A DNA stretch of 64,000 nucleotides. Origin: Gemmatimonadota bacterium. Lineage in GTDB: Bacteria > Gemmatimonadota > Gemmatimonadetes > Gemmatimonadales > Gemmatimonadaceae. Position 1 is the stretch's first letter; each line of letters starts with the position of its first letter. Where the stretch lies: the NCBI GenBank assembly GCA_040389905.1, contig JAZJZK010000053.1, positions 14,200 to 78,199 on the forward strand, in the 5' to 3' direction. This document shows positions 21,924 to 34,524 of this stretch, piece by piece. The notes beneath the pieces are model-generated. The model was not told the DNA's origin, did no database searches, and was given only the letters and a program-made list of their open reading frames with translations. Made by a program: the position numbers and the translations under genes.

Positions 21924-22107
21924 CGAAGCGGAGACCGTCGCATCGGTCTCGGAGCTCTTTCTCGGCAATATCCTCTACGCACTCGAGCTCGCCGCCATGT
22001 CGCTGGAGGGTTCGGGCAAGGCAGAGGACGCGAAGTACTATCGTGGTATTGCCAGAAAGCTGGCGGAAGCGCGCGGACGGGAACGCCAGGGCTCGGGATC
22101 GGCGTAG
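21916..22107 (+). CDS. Small hypothetical protein (63 aa)
   Basis: TTG start overlapping the phosphatase stop; helical protein-like sequence. Confidence 0.6.
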   Translation: MADEAETVASVSELFLGNILYALELAAMSLEGSGKAEDAKYYRGIARKLAEARGRERQGSGSA

Positions 22108-22130
22108 AACGGCGCGAGGTGCGGAACGTC

Positions 22131-23402
22131 TCAGCTCAATCGCGCCCCCGATTCGAGCTTCTGGCGGACCTCGGCTCCACTCAAGCTGGCAAGGCGAACG
22201 ACCGCCCCGCGGTCGAGCGAAATGCGCCGACAGGCAAACACGCGTAACCACCGTGCGCTGCCATAGAGCTCCTCGGACAGCTTTGGAAGGTTTACAGCGC
22301 CCTCCCACCCCTCAGCGGTAAGACGCCGCACAGAGCCATCCCGCCGACGCACGGGGATGTCCAGGCCGAGCATCTGGGTCTTTACCGGATAGTCGAGGAG
22401 CACCTCGCCGGGTGCAAGGCCAAGCTCCCCCGCCAAGCGGTCCTCGACGGCAACCACCAGCGCGCGATCGTCGGCAATCCATTCGCCGATGTCAGGCGGC
22501 AGCTCGGCGGCCGGACACTCGAAGACGCGCTTGTAGAGGCGCCTCTCGCGCAGCGCCGCGAGTAAGGGCGACGGGGAATTGGCCGCGAGCTCGTGCAATA
22601 ACCCTTCGTCCGTAAAGCCGGCAAGTGTCTCTGCACTGAGTGACCCTGCGCGTAACGCGCTATCGACGAGGCGTTTGTACATCGCCGTCGCGCTGCGGAC
22701 CGCGTGGTGCCAATAGACGTTGCGGTACATCTGATACTTCGCGAAGAGGAGCGACTCCAGTGCGGAGAGCCCCTTTTCCGAAATGCCCACTGTCGACGAG
22801 TTGCGTTCCGGATCGGCGACGAGGGTCAGGGAGTTGATCAACCGATCGACGTCGATGTCACCGTAGTTGACGCCGCACATGAACGCATCGCGCTTGAGGT
22901 ACTCGATCTTGTCGAGGTCCAGCGAGCCGGAGATGAGGCCGCGCAGTGGACTCGTGCTGGTGCCGCGGATGAGGGCCATGACGCGCGCGGGGGCATCGTC
23001 GCCAAGCGCCCCGGCGAGCACATCGGCGATGTCCCCGTTCATGATCAGCGGGCGAGCAACTTCCTCGTGATGCAGGGCGCCGATCTCCTCGAGCGCGTGC
23101 GAGAAGGGATAGTGTCCAATGTCGTGCAACAACGCAGCGTAGCGGACAATGAGGCTGTCGCGCTTGTCATCGATCTGTGACGCGTCGCGTTCCTCGAACA
23201 TTGCGAGGGAGCGACGCGCGAGGTGGTATGCGCCGAGCGCGTGCTCGAAGCGCGAGTGGCTGGCACCGGGGTAGACGAGATAGGCGAGCCCCAACTGACG
23301 CACATCCCGCAGCCGCTGAAACACCTTCGTGTCGATCAGTCGGAGCGCGACCGGGTCGACACGCATGTTGTTCCAGAGGGGATCCCTGATGATTTCGTCC
23401 AT
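22131..23402 (-). CDS. HD-domain phosphohydrolase (dNTPase-like, YwfO family)
   Basis: IRDPLW, FQRLR..RQLG, HSRFEHALG, LLHDIGHYPFSH, DLDKIEYL.RD. Confidence 0.92.
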   Translation of the reverse strand: MDEIIRDPLWNNMRVDPVALRLIDTKVFQRLRDVRQLGLAYLVYPGASHSRFEHALGAYHLARRSLAMFEERDASQIDDKRDSLIVRYAALLHDIGHYPFSHALEEIGALHHEEVARPLIMNGDIADVLAGALGDDAPARVMALIRGTSTSPLRGLISGSLDLDKIEYLKRDAFMCGVNYGDIDVDRLINSLTLVADPERNSSTVGISEKGLSALESLLFAKYQMYRNVYWHHAVRSATAMYKRLVDSALRAGSLSAETLAGFTDEGLLHELAANSPSPLLAALRERRLYKRVFECPAAELPPDIGEWIADDRALVVAVEDRLAGELGLAPGEVLLDYPVKTQMLGLDIPVRRRDGSVRRLTAEGWEGAVNLPKLSEELYGSARWLRVFACRRISLDRGAVVRLASLSGAEVRQKLESGARLS

Positions 23403-23404
23403 TT

Positions 23405-23558
23405 CAGGGGCCAGGGGACAGGGGACAGGTATCAGGGGACAGGAACGGCCTATGGAAGGATGATCTGGGGAGCGCATCGCAGTAAGGAATGAAAAACCGA
23501 AAGGCACACCAAAATACTTGCGGTGTGCCTATCCTGTCCCCTGACTCCTGTTCCCTGA
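23405..23558. repeat. Inverted pair of heptamer (cagggga) tandem repeats
   Basis: caggggccaggggacaggggacaggtatcaggggacagga ... tcctgtcccctgactcctgttccctga; related single arm at 19530-19560. Confidence 0.75.
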
Positions 23559-23560
23559 TG

Positions 23561-25171
23561 TCAACCCATTGGCCCCGCCGCCTTGATGGCCGCATCGACA
23601 GTGCCGAACTTCTCGAAGTTCGTGCGGAACATGCCAGCCAGCTTCCGAGCCTGCGCGTCGTACGCGAGCGGATCGCTCCACGTGCCGCGCGGATCGAGAA
23701 TCTCGTTCGGCACGCCAGGCACTGCCTGCGGCGTCACGAGCCCAAAAAACGGATCGGTGCGCGTGGCAACGCCGTCGAGTTTACCGTCGAGCGCGCCGTG
23801 GACCATCGCGCGCGTGTAGGCCAGCTTCATGCGCTTACCGACGCCATACGCGCCGCCGCTCCAACCGGTGTTCACCAGCCACACGTTCGACTTGTGCTCG
23901 TCGATCAGCGTGCCGAGCATGTCAGCGTATTTCGTCGGATGCCAGACGAGGAATACCGCGCCGAAGCACGATGAGAATGTCGCCTGCGGTTCCGTGACGC
24001 CGCGCTCGGTGCCGGCGACCTTCGCCGTGTAGCCAGAGAGGAAGTAATACATCGCCTGCTCGCGGGAGAGACGAGCGAGCGGGGGCAGCACGCCGAATGC
24101 GTCGGCGGTGAGGAAGACGATGTTCTTCGGATGGCCACCGCGTCCCGACGGAACGAAGTTCGGGATGTAGTTCAGTGGATACGACGCACGTGTATTCTCG
24201 GTGATGCTCTGGTCCTCGAACTTCACCTTGCGCTTGTCGTCGAGCATCACGTTCTCGAGGATCGTCCCGAACATCTGCGTGGTGCGATAGATGTCGGGCT
24301 CACCTTCGGGCGAGAGGTTGATGACCTTCGCATAACAGCCGCCTTCGTAGTTGAAGGTGCCCTCGGGGGCCCAGCCGTGCTCGTCGTCGCCGATGAGTGA
24401 GCGCGCGGGATCCGCGGAGAGCGTCGTCTTGCCGGTACCCGAGAGCCCGAAGAACAATGCGGTGTCGCCGGCGGGGCCGATGTTCGCGGAGCAGTGCATC
24501 GAGAGCACGCCCTGCTTCGGCATGTAGTAGTTCATGACCGTGAACATCGACTTCTTGAGCTCACCCGCGTAGCGCGTTCCGCCAATGAGAATCGTGCGCT
24601 CGGCGAGGTTCAGGACGATGAATGTCCCGGTGCGCGTGCCGTGTTTCGCGGGATCAGCCTGGAATTCCGGTGCATGCAGCACGGTGAAGTTCGGCGCGAA
24701 CTCGGCGAGTGCGGCCACGTCAGGACGCACGAACATGTTGCGCACGAAGGCCATGTGCCACGCATTGGGCGATACATACCGAACGGAGAGGCGATACTTG
24801 GGGTCTGCGCCGCAGTAGAGATCCTGGACGAACAGTTCGTCCTGCCCATTCAGGTACTGCTGCACGTCGGCGCGGAGCGTCTCGAAGTGCTCTGGCGTGA
24901 TGGGCTGATTGACCTTGCCCCAATCGACATCGGCTTCGGAACTGGGGTCCTTGACGACAAACTTGTCGTTCGGCGAGCGGCCGGTGTGGGGTGCGGTCAC
25001 GGCGCAGAAGGGACCCATGTCGGCGAGGCGGCCCTCACCGCGACGAATCGCGTTCTCGATGAGCACCGGCGCGACGTAATTCCAGTGCACCTTCCCGGAC
25101 GGCGTGAGCCCGAGTCCGGCGAGATTGCCGTCGAGGCCCGTCTCGTGTTGCGGCGTGGTCTGTGTGGCCAT
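23561..25171 (-). CDS. pckA: Phosphoenolpyruvate carboxykinase (ATP)
   Basis: TGRSPNDK, GE.KKS, MHCSAN, GLSGTGKTTLS, IGDDEHGW, EGGCYAK. Confidence 0.98.
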   Translation of the reverse strand: MATQTTPQHETGLDGNLAGLGLTPSGKVHWNYVAPVLIENAIRRGEGRLADMGPFCAVTAPHTGRSPNDKFVVKDPSSEADVDWGKVNQPITPEHFETLRADVQQYLNGQDELFVQDLYCGADPKYRLSVRYVSPNAWHMAFVRNMFVRPDVAALAEFAPNFTVLHAPEFQADPAKHGTRTGTFIVLNLAERTILIGGTRYAGELKKSMFTVMNYYMPKQGVLSMHCSANIGPAGDTALFFGLSGTGKTTLSADPARSLIGDDEHGWAPEGTFNYEGGCYAKVINLSPEGEPDIYRTTQMFGTILENVMLDDKRKVKFEDQSITENTRASYPLNYIPNFVPSGRGGHPKNIVFLTADAFGVLPPLARLSREQAMYYFLSGYTAKVAGTERGVTEPQATFSSCFGAVFLVWHPTKYADMLGTLIDEHKSNVWLVNTGWSGGAYGVGKRMKLAYTRAMVHGALDGKLDGVATRTDPFFGLVTPQAVPGVPNEILDPRGTWSDPLAYDAQARKLAGMFRTNFEKFGTVDAAIKAAGPMG

Positions 25172-25237
25172 CGGTAAAGTCCTCGAAATGAAGATGTCAG
25201 CGCGCAAGGCGCAGAGTAATTGTTTCGTCCGTCAAGC

Positions 25238-25324
25238 TGTCACCCCGAGCGAAGTCGAGGGGTCTGCACTTCCGCTGTTTTCAGGTGCAGATCCCTCGAC
25301 TCGCTTCGCTCGCTCGGGATGACA
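25238..25324. repeat. REP-like family A element
   Basis: tgtcaccccgagcgaagtcgaggggtctgcac ... gtgcagatccctcgactcgcttcgctcgctcgggatgaca. Confidence 0.85.
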
Positions 25325-25327
25325 ATG

Positions 25328-27640
<2,313 letters not shown>

Positions 27641-27828
27641 AGAACATCGAAAGATAGCCCGGTCGCGGCGAGTGGGCAGTCTTGCGGTGGTCGTCAGGTG
27701 ACTTGCGAGTTAGCGCGCGCACGTGCATCGTCAACGCGTTGGGGCAGTGTCCTGCAAGAGACAGCACAACCGCTTCCCCTATCTCAGGGCTTCGTTTCAT
27801 CGAAACGAGCTGAGCCTTCCCCGAAGCC

Positions 27829-28455
27829 ATGTCAAACCGTTCAATCGTCGCCTTTGCGGCGGCCATCGTCCTTTTCGGAACACCTACGGCGGCGCGCGCC
27901 CAATGGGCGATCAACACGGCGCCGGGGGCGCAGACCGATGTACTCACCGATGGCCCGTGGTCCATCGGGTACTCCTTCAACGTGACGACTAACTTCACCG
28001 TTCAGCGCCTGGGCTATCTCGACTGGGGAAACTATGGCCTCCTGGAGTCGCATGACGTCGGCATCTTCAGCCCAAGCGGAACGTTGCTGGTATCCGGGAC
28101 TCTCTCCGGAGAGAATCAGGCGATCGATGGGCTGTTCAGAAGCCTTGTCGTGGCGCCGACGTTGTTGGTCGCGGGTAACAACTACCGGATCATGGGCTTT
28201 GATCCCGGGGGCGCGGACGCGGTCATGTTCGACGGGTACGTATCCTCGGTTCCTGAAATCCAATATGTCGGAGCAGCGTACTGTCTATCTTTTTCGCTTT
28301 CTGACTCATGCGGGAGCTATCTGCCGGGCGGATACTTCGGGCCGAACTTCGCAGGGACATCGGAAGTGGCGACACCAGAGCCGGCCGCCATCATATTGCT
28401 CGCTACCGGATTCGTCTGCGTGATCGGTGCGGCACGCCGCCGGCGGCAGGTCTAG
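27829..28455 (+). CDS. PEP-CTERM sorting domain protein
   Basis: Signal peptide; C-terminal TPEPAAIILLATGFVCVIGAARRRR. Confidence 0.88.
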   Translation: MSNRSIVAFAAAIVLFGTPTAARAQWAINTAPGAQTDVLTDGPWSIGYSFNVTTNFTVQRLGYLDWGNYGLLESHDVGIFSPSGTLLVSGTLSGENQAIDGLFRSLVVAPTLLVAGNNYRIMGFDPGGADAVMFDGYVSSVPEIQYVGAAYCLSFSLSDSCGSYLPGGYFGPNFAGTSEVATPEPAAIILLATGFVCVIGAARRRRQV

Positions 28456-28476
28456 GAATTTCGCGCTGCACGAACA

Positions 28477-29052
28477 CTACCGTGCGACGCCCTTGAACAA
28501 CTCGGCCACCGCGCAGCTGAAGCCTGAAAGCACGGATCCTCCATCGAGCGTGTCGGTTTCACGCAGCCAGCGAACGGGCGCGTCGCTCGCGACGATCATC
28601 ACCGTTCTCCGTACAGGATCGATGACCCAGATGAGCGCTGTGCCGCACGTGAGATAGTCGTCGAGTTTCTCCTCGACGTCGGTAGCCGACTCGCTCCGTG
28701 ACAGCACTTCGACCGCGAGGTCAGGCGCGAGCTTGAGAAACCCTGGCGCGATTCCCTCCACGGGCAGTCGGCCGGCTCGGACGAATGACGCATCGGGGCT
28801 CCGCACGGTGCGCGGAAGCTGGAGGAGCTCATACCCGACTCCGTCGGCGAATACCCAGCCGAGGTTGTGGTGCTCGACATGGGCGTGCAGCCGAATAACG
28901 ACGTTCGTCGCAATGCGGCCGTGGGGACCACCTGGCGGAGGAGTCACCCGCACCTCACCACGGACGAGCTCCGCCTGCTCGTCCGAGAGAGGGTAAACAA
29001 GAAACTCGTCGGGCGTGATCAGCACGACGGCATCCCGTGCGGCGTGGGCCAT
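28477..29052 (-). CDS. Uma2 family endonuclease
   Basis: ELVRG, HG, RSPDASF, APDLAVEVLS, K..DY, WVIDP. Confidence 0.92.
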   Translation of the reverse strand: MAHAARDAVVLITPDEFLVYPLSDEQAELVRGEVRVTPPPGGPHGRIATNVVIRLHAHVEHHNLGWVFADGVGYELLQLPRTVRSPDASFVRAGRLPVEGIAPGFLKLAPDLAVEVLSRSESATDVEEKLDDYLTCGTALIWVIDPVRRTVMIVASDAPVRWLRETDTLDGGSVLSGFSCAVAELFKGVAR

Positions 29053-29326
29053 TGGGCACTCCAGCAATCGGCCATGAGTGAAGCGTACGCTCGGCGCACG
29101 CTGCGAGGCAAGCTCTCATAGCCGTACTCTAACCATTGGCCGAGAATCAGCGTCACCAAACCTATGCGCGGCGTGGCATTCCGCTGCGCAACTGCGCGAC
29201 CGGAATGCCGACAAGAATAAGGATTTCCTGGCGCGGCTGCCTCCTATCACACAATGAGACACAAGACTTTGTGAAGACTCCCGGCGCCGGTCGTCCGTGG
29301 TATAGAGGCCACTTCTACCTGCCCCG

Positions 29327-32029
29327 ATGACCATCCGGCACTCGACGGACGACGACGTACGTCACGTTGGAATTACCGAAAACGACATGCTCTCCGGCGG
29401 CCTCTCGGAGCACGCGCTGCTGCGCATCGTGACCGAGAATGCGCGCGTGGGGCTCGTCATCGTGAGCCGAGAGCGGCGATACACGTACGCCAACGGCACC
29501 TACGCCGAGCTGCTTGCGCTTGCCGTCGAGAACCTCGTCGGGAAGCGTCTCGAGGACGTTCTCGCCGGAGTCTATGAGGAGCAGGTGCGTCCGCGCCTCG
29601 ATCGCGCCTTCGCGGGTGAGCGCGTTGATTATGAGCTACACCGACCGTCAGCGACCGGCGAGCGTTTCTATTCGGTCCGCTACGAGCCGACGATCGTCGA
29701 CGGAACGGTTGCATACGTCGTCGTTGTCATCATCGACATCACCGAGCGGCGTCAGACGCAGACGGACTCCAGCCGGTTCGCTGCAATCGTCGCGACGTCG
29801 GACGACGCGATCATCAGCAAGGATCTCTCTGGCGACATCACCAGCTGGAACGCCGGAGCGGAGAGGCTCTTCGGCTATGCCGCGACGGAGATGGTAGGGG
29901 CGTCGATCATGCAGTTGATTCCCGACGAGCGCCGCGACGAAGAGCTGGAGATTCTGGCGAAGATCCGTCGCAACGAGAGCGTACGTCACTTCGAGACGCA
30001 GCGCCGCAGGAAGGACGGGCGGTTGATCGACGTGTCGGTCACGGCTTCTCCGATACGGGATGAAGTCGGACGCGTCATCGGTGTATCGAAGGTGGCGCGC
30101 GACATCAGCGACCGCAAAGCCGTTGAGCAAGCGTTGCGTCTCGAGCGCGATCGGGCGCAGCGGTATCTGGATGCGGCCGACGTCATCTTGCTGGCGCTTG
30201 ATAACGCGGGGAACATCACGCTCATCAACCGAAAGGGGTGTGACATTCTTGGTCGGGGTGAGGCGGAATTGCTCGGACGCCCGTGGATCGACACGTGCCT
30301 CCCGGCGCGGGTCCGCGACACAATGACGCAGAAATTCAATCATCTGGTGAGCGGCGATGTGCGGCTTGTCGAAAACCTGATCGTCACGAAGTCGGGCGAC
30401 GAGCGATTGATCGAATGGCGCAACAGTGTTCTCCACGATGACTTCGGGAACGTCATCGGCACGCTGAGTTCCGGGACCGACAATACCGAGCGAAACAACG
30501 CGATCGAAGCGCTCCGCGTCGCGGAGGAGCGCATGCGCTTCGCGCTCGAAAATGCCGGCGTCGGCATCTGGGACCAGGATTACGCCACGGGCGTGGCGCG
30601 CGTCTCGGACATTTGCCTCGCCCATCACGGGATGACTCCCGGAACCTTTGGTGGAACGTTCGATGCCTTCATCGAAGCCGTTCATCCTGAGGACCGCGCG
30701 CACCTGACGGATACGATCAAGCAGGCAATCGCGTCTGGAGGCGACTTTTCGGCGGAATTCCGTGCACTGTGGCCGGATGGCACCGTTCGCTGGCTGAGCA
30801 ACACAGGCCGCATCCAACGTGGTGACCACGGCGAGCCGATTCGCGGCGTCGGGATTTCGATGGACATTACGGCGCGCCGGAGCCTCGAAGCGCAGTATCA
30901 TCAAGCGCAGAAAATGGAGGCCGTGGGGCGACTGGCTGGCGGCGTGGCGCACGACTTCAACAACCTGCTGACGGGCATCCTCGGGTATTGCCAGCTGGTG
31001 CTCGGCGACCTTGCTCCGGGCAGTCCCCTTCGCAATGACATCGAGCAGATCCAGAAGGCCGGCGAGAGCGCCGCGGGACTCACGCGCCAACTGCTCGCGT
31101 TCAGTCGGAAACAAGTCATCGAGCCCACGCTGCTGGATCTGAACGTGGTGATCGGGAACATGCGCGGACTGCTCGCTCGCGTGATCGGTGAAGACGTGCG
31201 CATCGTTTTCAAGTTTCGTCCCGGCCTTGCCGCAGTCACCGCCGATGCCGGCCAGATGGAGCAGGTCATCATGAACCTCGCCGTCAATGCGCGCGACGCA
31301 ATGCCGGGTGGTGGCACGATCGTGATCGAGACCGCGAATGTGCAACTCGATGCGGAGTACGCCAGGACGCACTTTGCCGCGAAGCCTGGCCGGTACGTTG
31401 CGCTCACGATCAGTGACACCGGTTCGGGCATGCCTGCGGAGGTGAAGGATCGCCTCTTCGAACCATTCTTCACGACGAAGGAGATCGGCAAAGGGACCGG
31501 ACTCGGCCTCGCGACGGTGCACGGCATCGTGACGCGGAGCGACGGAAGCATCAACGTCCAGAGTGAGCTCGGCGTGGGGACGACGTTCACGATCTACCTG
31601 CCATGTTCGGAATCCTCAGCAGTAGCTGCTGGGCCGGCGCCCGGCGGCGAACGGCAGCGCAGCAAGGGAGAGACGGTCCTGCTCGTCGAAGACGCCGAGG
31701 GATTGCGCACCCTGATCAAGCGCATTTTGGAACGACAGGGCTACGGCGTGCTGGTTGCATCGAGCGCCGGTGAAGCGCTCGAGCTCTTCGAGCGCCACAC
31801 GACGATCGACCTCGTGCTCACGGACGTGATCATGCCGGGTGGGAATGGCGCTGAATTGACGCGACGCCTCGTAGCGCAGCGGCCGGACATTCGGGTCGTC
31901 CACATGTCCGGTTATACTGAGGATGCGATTACCCACCAGGGTGTGCTACAGGAGGGTATCGACTTTCTCCAAAAGCCATTCACATCCGAGGCCCTTGGAC
32001 GAAAGCTACGGGAAGTCCTCGACCGCTGA
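29327..32029 (+). CDS. Hybrid multi-PAS sensor histidine kinase / receiver
   Basis: Four PAS/PAC repeats, AHDFNNLL H-box, NLAVNARDAM, GTGLGL, C-terminal receiver (LLVED, TDVIMP, KPF). Confidence 0.95.
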   Translation: MTIRHSTDDDVRHVGITENDMLSGGLSEHALLRIVTENARVGLVIVSRERRYTYANGTYAELLALAVENLVGKRLEDVLAGVYEEQVRPRLDRAFAGERVDYELHRPSATGERFYSVRYEPTIVDGTVAYVVVVIIDITERRQTQTDSSRFAAIVATSDDAIISKDLSGDITSWNAGAERLFGYAATEMVGASIMQLIPDERRDEELEILAKIRRNESVRHFETQRRRKDGRLIDVSVTASPIRDEVGRVIGVSKVARDISDRKAVEQALRLERDRAQRYLDAADVILLALDNAGNITLINRKGCDILGRGEAELLGRPWIDTCLPARVRDTMTQKFNHLVSGDVRLVENLIVTKSGDERLIEWRNSVLHDDFGNVIGTLSSGTDNTERNNAIEALRVAEERMRFALENAGVGIWDQDYATGVARVSDICLAHHGMTPGTFGGTFDAFIEAVHPEDRAHLTDTIKQAIASGGDFSAEFRALWPDGTVRWLSNTGRIQRGDHGEPIRGVGISMDITARRSLEAQYHQAQKMEAVGRLAGGVAHDFNNLLTGILGYCQLVLGDLAPGSPLRNDIEQIQKAGESAAGLTRQLLAFSRKQVIEPTLLDLNVVIGNMRGLLARVIGEDVRIVFKFRPGLAAVTADAGQMEQVIMNLAVNARDAMPGGGTIVIETANVQLDAEYARTHFAAKPGRYVALTISDTGSGMPAEVKDRLFEPFFTTKEIGKGTGLGLATVHGIVTRSDGSINVQSELGVGTTFTIYLPCSESSAVAAGPAPGGERQRSKGETVLLVEDAEGLRTLIKRILERQGYGVLVASSAGEALELFERHTTIDLVLTDVIMPGGNGAELTRRLVAQRPDIRVVHMSGYTEDAITHQGVLQEGIDFLQKPFTSEALGRKLREVLDR

Positions 32030-32033
32030 CCGC

Positions 32034-32951
32034 ATGCGATACGCACGACAGCTCATCATGATCGTCGCCGGAACGCTATTCGCCGGCGTGGATTGCCTGG
32101 CCCAGCCCGCCTCGGTTGCGCGCACGGAGGACGGGCGCGTGCGGGTCGGTGACCGGGTTCGAACGTACGTGGTTGATCTTCCACCGCAGTACGACGGGCG
32201 CGCGTCGCTACCGCTCGTGATCGTGTTTCACGGCGGCGGAGGAAACGCCGAAAGTACGCGGCGTCAGACGCACATGAGTGATGCAGCAAAGGGGAAGGGG
32301 TTCATTGTCGTCTATCCCAATGGCTCAGGGAGGCTGCGCGAGCGGCTCCTGACATGGAACACCGGCAGTTGTTGTGGCTACGCACGCAACAACAACATCG
32401 ACGACGTGGCCTTTGTGCGCGCGATGCTGGATTCGTTGCAGCGCTCGTACAAGGTTGACGCGAAGCGAGTGTTTGCCACCGGACTATCGAATGGTGGCAT
32501 GATGTCGCACCTGGTTGGCTGCGCGTTGAGCGACCGATTCGCGGCGATCGCGCCGGTATCCGGTGAGCTCTCGGTTCCCTGTAGTCCGGCCAACCCCGTG
32601 TCGGTCATGATTATCCATGGTACCGCGGACAAGAATCTCCCGTACGACGGCGGGCCCGGCGAACGAGCGCTCGAACGTCACGATGTGAAGCCGGTGAGCT
32701 TTGCCGTGGACTCGTGGCTGCGCTTCGATCGCTGCACAGCAAAGCCGATGGTAGACTCGACGTCAGCGCTGGTTCACAGCACATATGGCATGTGCGCCAA
32801 CGCGACCGCGGTTGAGCTCTACAATATCATCGGCGGCCCGCACGCGTGGCCGATGGGGGTGAAACTGGGGCCTGGTCTCGATGCGCCGAGCACCGCGCTG
32901 GATGCGTCGAAGGTGATTCTGGAGTTCTTCGCAACGCATCCGAAGCGGTAG
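32034..32951 (+). CDS. PHB depolymerase / LpqC-like esterase
   Basis: FHGGGG, WN.G.CC, DDVAF, GLSNGG, HGTAD, HAWP. Confidence 0.88.
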   Translation: MRYARQLIMIVAGTLFAGVDCLAQPASVARTEDGRVRVGDRVRTYVVDLPPQYDGRASLPLVIVFHGGGGNAESTRRQTHMSDAAKGKGFIVVYPNGSGRLRERLLTWNTGSCCGYARNNNIDDVAFVRAMLDSLQRSYKVDAKRVFATGLSNGGMMSHLVGCALSDRFAAIAPVSGELSVPCSPANPVSVMIIHGTADKNLPYDGGPGERALERHDVKPVSFAVDSWLRFDRCTAKPMVDSTSALVHSTYGMCANATAVELYNIIGGPHAWPMGVKLGPGLDAPSTALDASKVILEFFATHPKR

Positions 32952-32978
32952 CCAACGCGCCCGTGATATTATTATCGG

Positions 32979-34502
32979 GTGAAATTCGCCGATGTCGTCA
33001 CCGCCTCCGCGCAGGTGGCCGCTACCTCGGGCCGCCTCGCCAAAGTCGCGCTGCTTGCTGATCTTCTCCGGCGCGCGCCGCACGACGAGGTTCGTATGGT
33101 CATCGGTTTCCTCATCGGCTGGCCGCGGCAGAACAAGCTCGGCGTGGGTTGGGCCGCTGTCTCGAAGGCGCGTGCCGACACCGTGTGTCCCGACGCCACG
33201 CTGACCGTTGGTGACGTCGACCGCGCGTTCGACGAACTCGCCGGAACGAACGGAAAGCACTCCTCGGCGCAGCGCGGACGAATCCTCGCGTCACTCTTCA
33301 GCCGCGCGACGGAGGCCGAGCAGGACTTCCTCGGCGCACTGATCGTGGGTGCGGTGCGGCAGGGCGCGCTCGAAGGAGTATTGGTGGAAGCCATCGCGCG
33401 GGCTGCTGACGTTCCCGCCGAGCGCGTCCGCCGAGCGGCGATGATGGCCGGCGATCTCGGTGTTATTGCGGAAGCCGCGCTCGTGCGGGGCACCGACGCA
33501 CTCGATGCGTATGGTCTCGAGCTGTTCCGCCCGGTGTCGCCAATGCTGGCGGATTCGGCGGACACCGTCGCTGAGGCGATGGTGGGTAACGCAGAGTATC
33601 TGATCGAGCGGAAGCTCGATGGCGCGCGGATTCAGGTGCACGTGCGAAATGGCAGCGTCGTCGTTTACACGCGCAACTTGAATGACGTCACGGGTGCTGT
33701 GCCGGAAGTCGTGGAAGCCGTTCGCGCGTTGCCACTGCGCGAAGCGATCTTCGACGGCGAGGTGATCGCGCTGGCGCCCGATGGACGTCCGCGTTCCTTC
33801 CAGACGACGATGCGCCGCTTCGGCCGGAAGCTCGACACTGATGCCATGCGATCGGAGATACCGCTTGCGCCCTTCTTTTTCGACATCCTGCTCCTCGATG
33901 GCGAGAGCGTAATCGATCTGCCCCTCACCGAGCGTCGCGCCGCGTTGGATCGCGTGGTGCCGAGTGCGTTTCGTGTGCCCGCGATCACCACGGCAGATGC
34001 CGACGAGGCTGGCCGCTTTCAGGAAGGGACCATTGCGAGCGGTCACGAAGGCGTGATGGTGAAGAGTCTCGAGGCTCCGTACGCGGCGGGGAAGCGAGGG
34101 TCAGCGTGGGTGAAGGTGAAGACGGCGCGGACGCTCGATCTCGTGGTGCTCGCTGCCGAATGGGGCTCCGGCCGGCGCAACGGTTGGCTCAGCAACATCC
34201 ACCTTGGCGCGCGCGATCCGCGCACTGGTGACTTTGTCATGCTCGGGAAGACGTTCAAGGGCATGACGGACGAGATGCTCGCGTGGCAGACGATGGAATT
34301 TCTGGCGCGCGAGGAGCGTCGAGCGGGACACATTGTGTACCTGCGCCCGGAAATCGTCGTGGAAGTGGCGTTCAACGAAGTGCAGGAGAGCTCGCAGTAT
34401 CCCGGTGGCGCGTCACTCCGTTTCGCGCGCGTAAAGGGCTATCGGCCGGACAAGCGGGCAGAGGAAGCCGACACGATCGACACGGTGCGGACGTTGATGT
34501 AA
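32979..34502 (+). CDS. ATP-dependent DNA ligase (LigB-like)
   Basis: KLDGARIQ, DGE, FFDIL, EGVMVK, W.KVK, LRFAR. Confidence 0.95.
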   Translation: MKFADVVTASAQVAATSGRLAKVALLADLLRRAPHDEVRMVIGFLIGWPRQNKLGVGWAAVSKARADTVCPDATLTVGDVDRAFDELAGTNGKHSSAQRGRILASLFSRATEAEQDFLGALIVGAVRQGALEGVLVEAIARAADVPAERVRRAAMMAGDLGVIAEAALVRGTDALDAYGLELFRPVSPMLADSADTVAEAMVGNAEYLIERKLDGARIQVHVRNGSVVVYTRNLNDVTGAVPEVVEAVRALPLREAIFDGEVIALAPDGRPRSFQTTMRRFGRKLDTDAMRSEIPLAPFFFDILLLDGESVIDLPLTERRAALDRVVPSAFRVPAITTADADEAGRFQEGTIASGHEGVMVKSLEAPYAAGKRGSAWVKVKTARTLDLVVLAAEWGSGRRNGWLSNIHLGARDPRTGDFVMLGKTFKGMTDEMLAWQTMEFLAREERRAGHIVYLRPEIVVEVAFNEVQESSQYPGGASLRFARVKGYRPDKRAEEADTIDTVRTLM

Positions 34503-34524
34503 CCTCGTCGGCCGATACGTGTTA

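Noticed and set aside
32979..34502. ATP-dependent ligase as a sign of a mobile element or NHEJ locus
   Set aside because: No Ku, polymerase or mobility genes adjacent; stand-alone LigB-like genes are common
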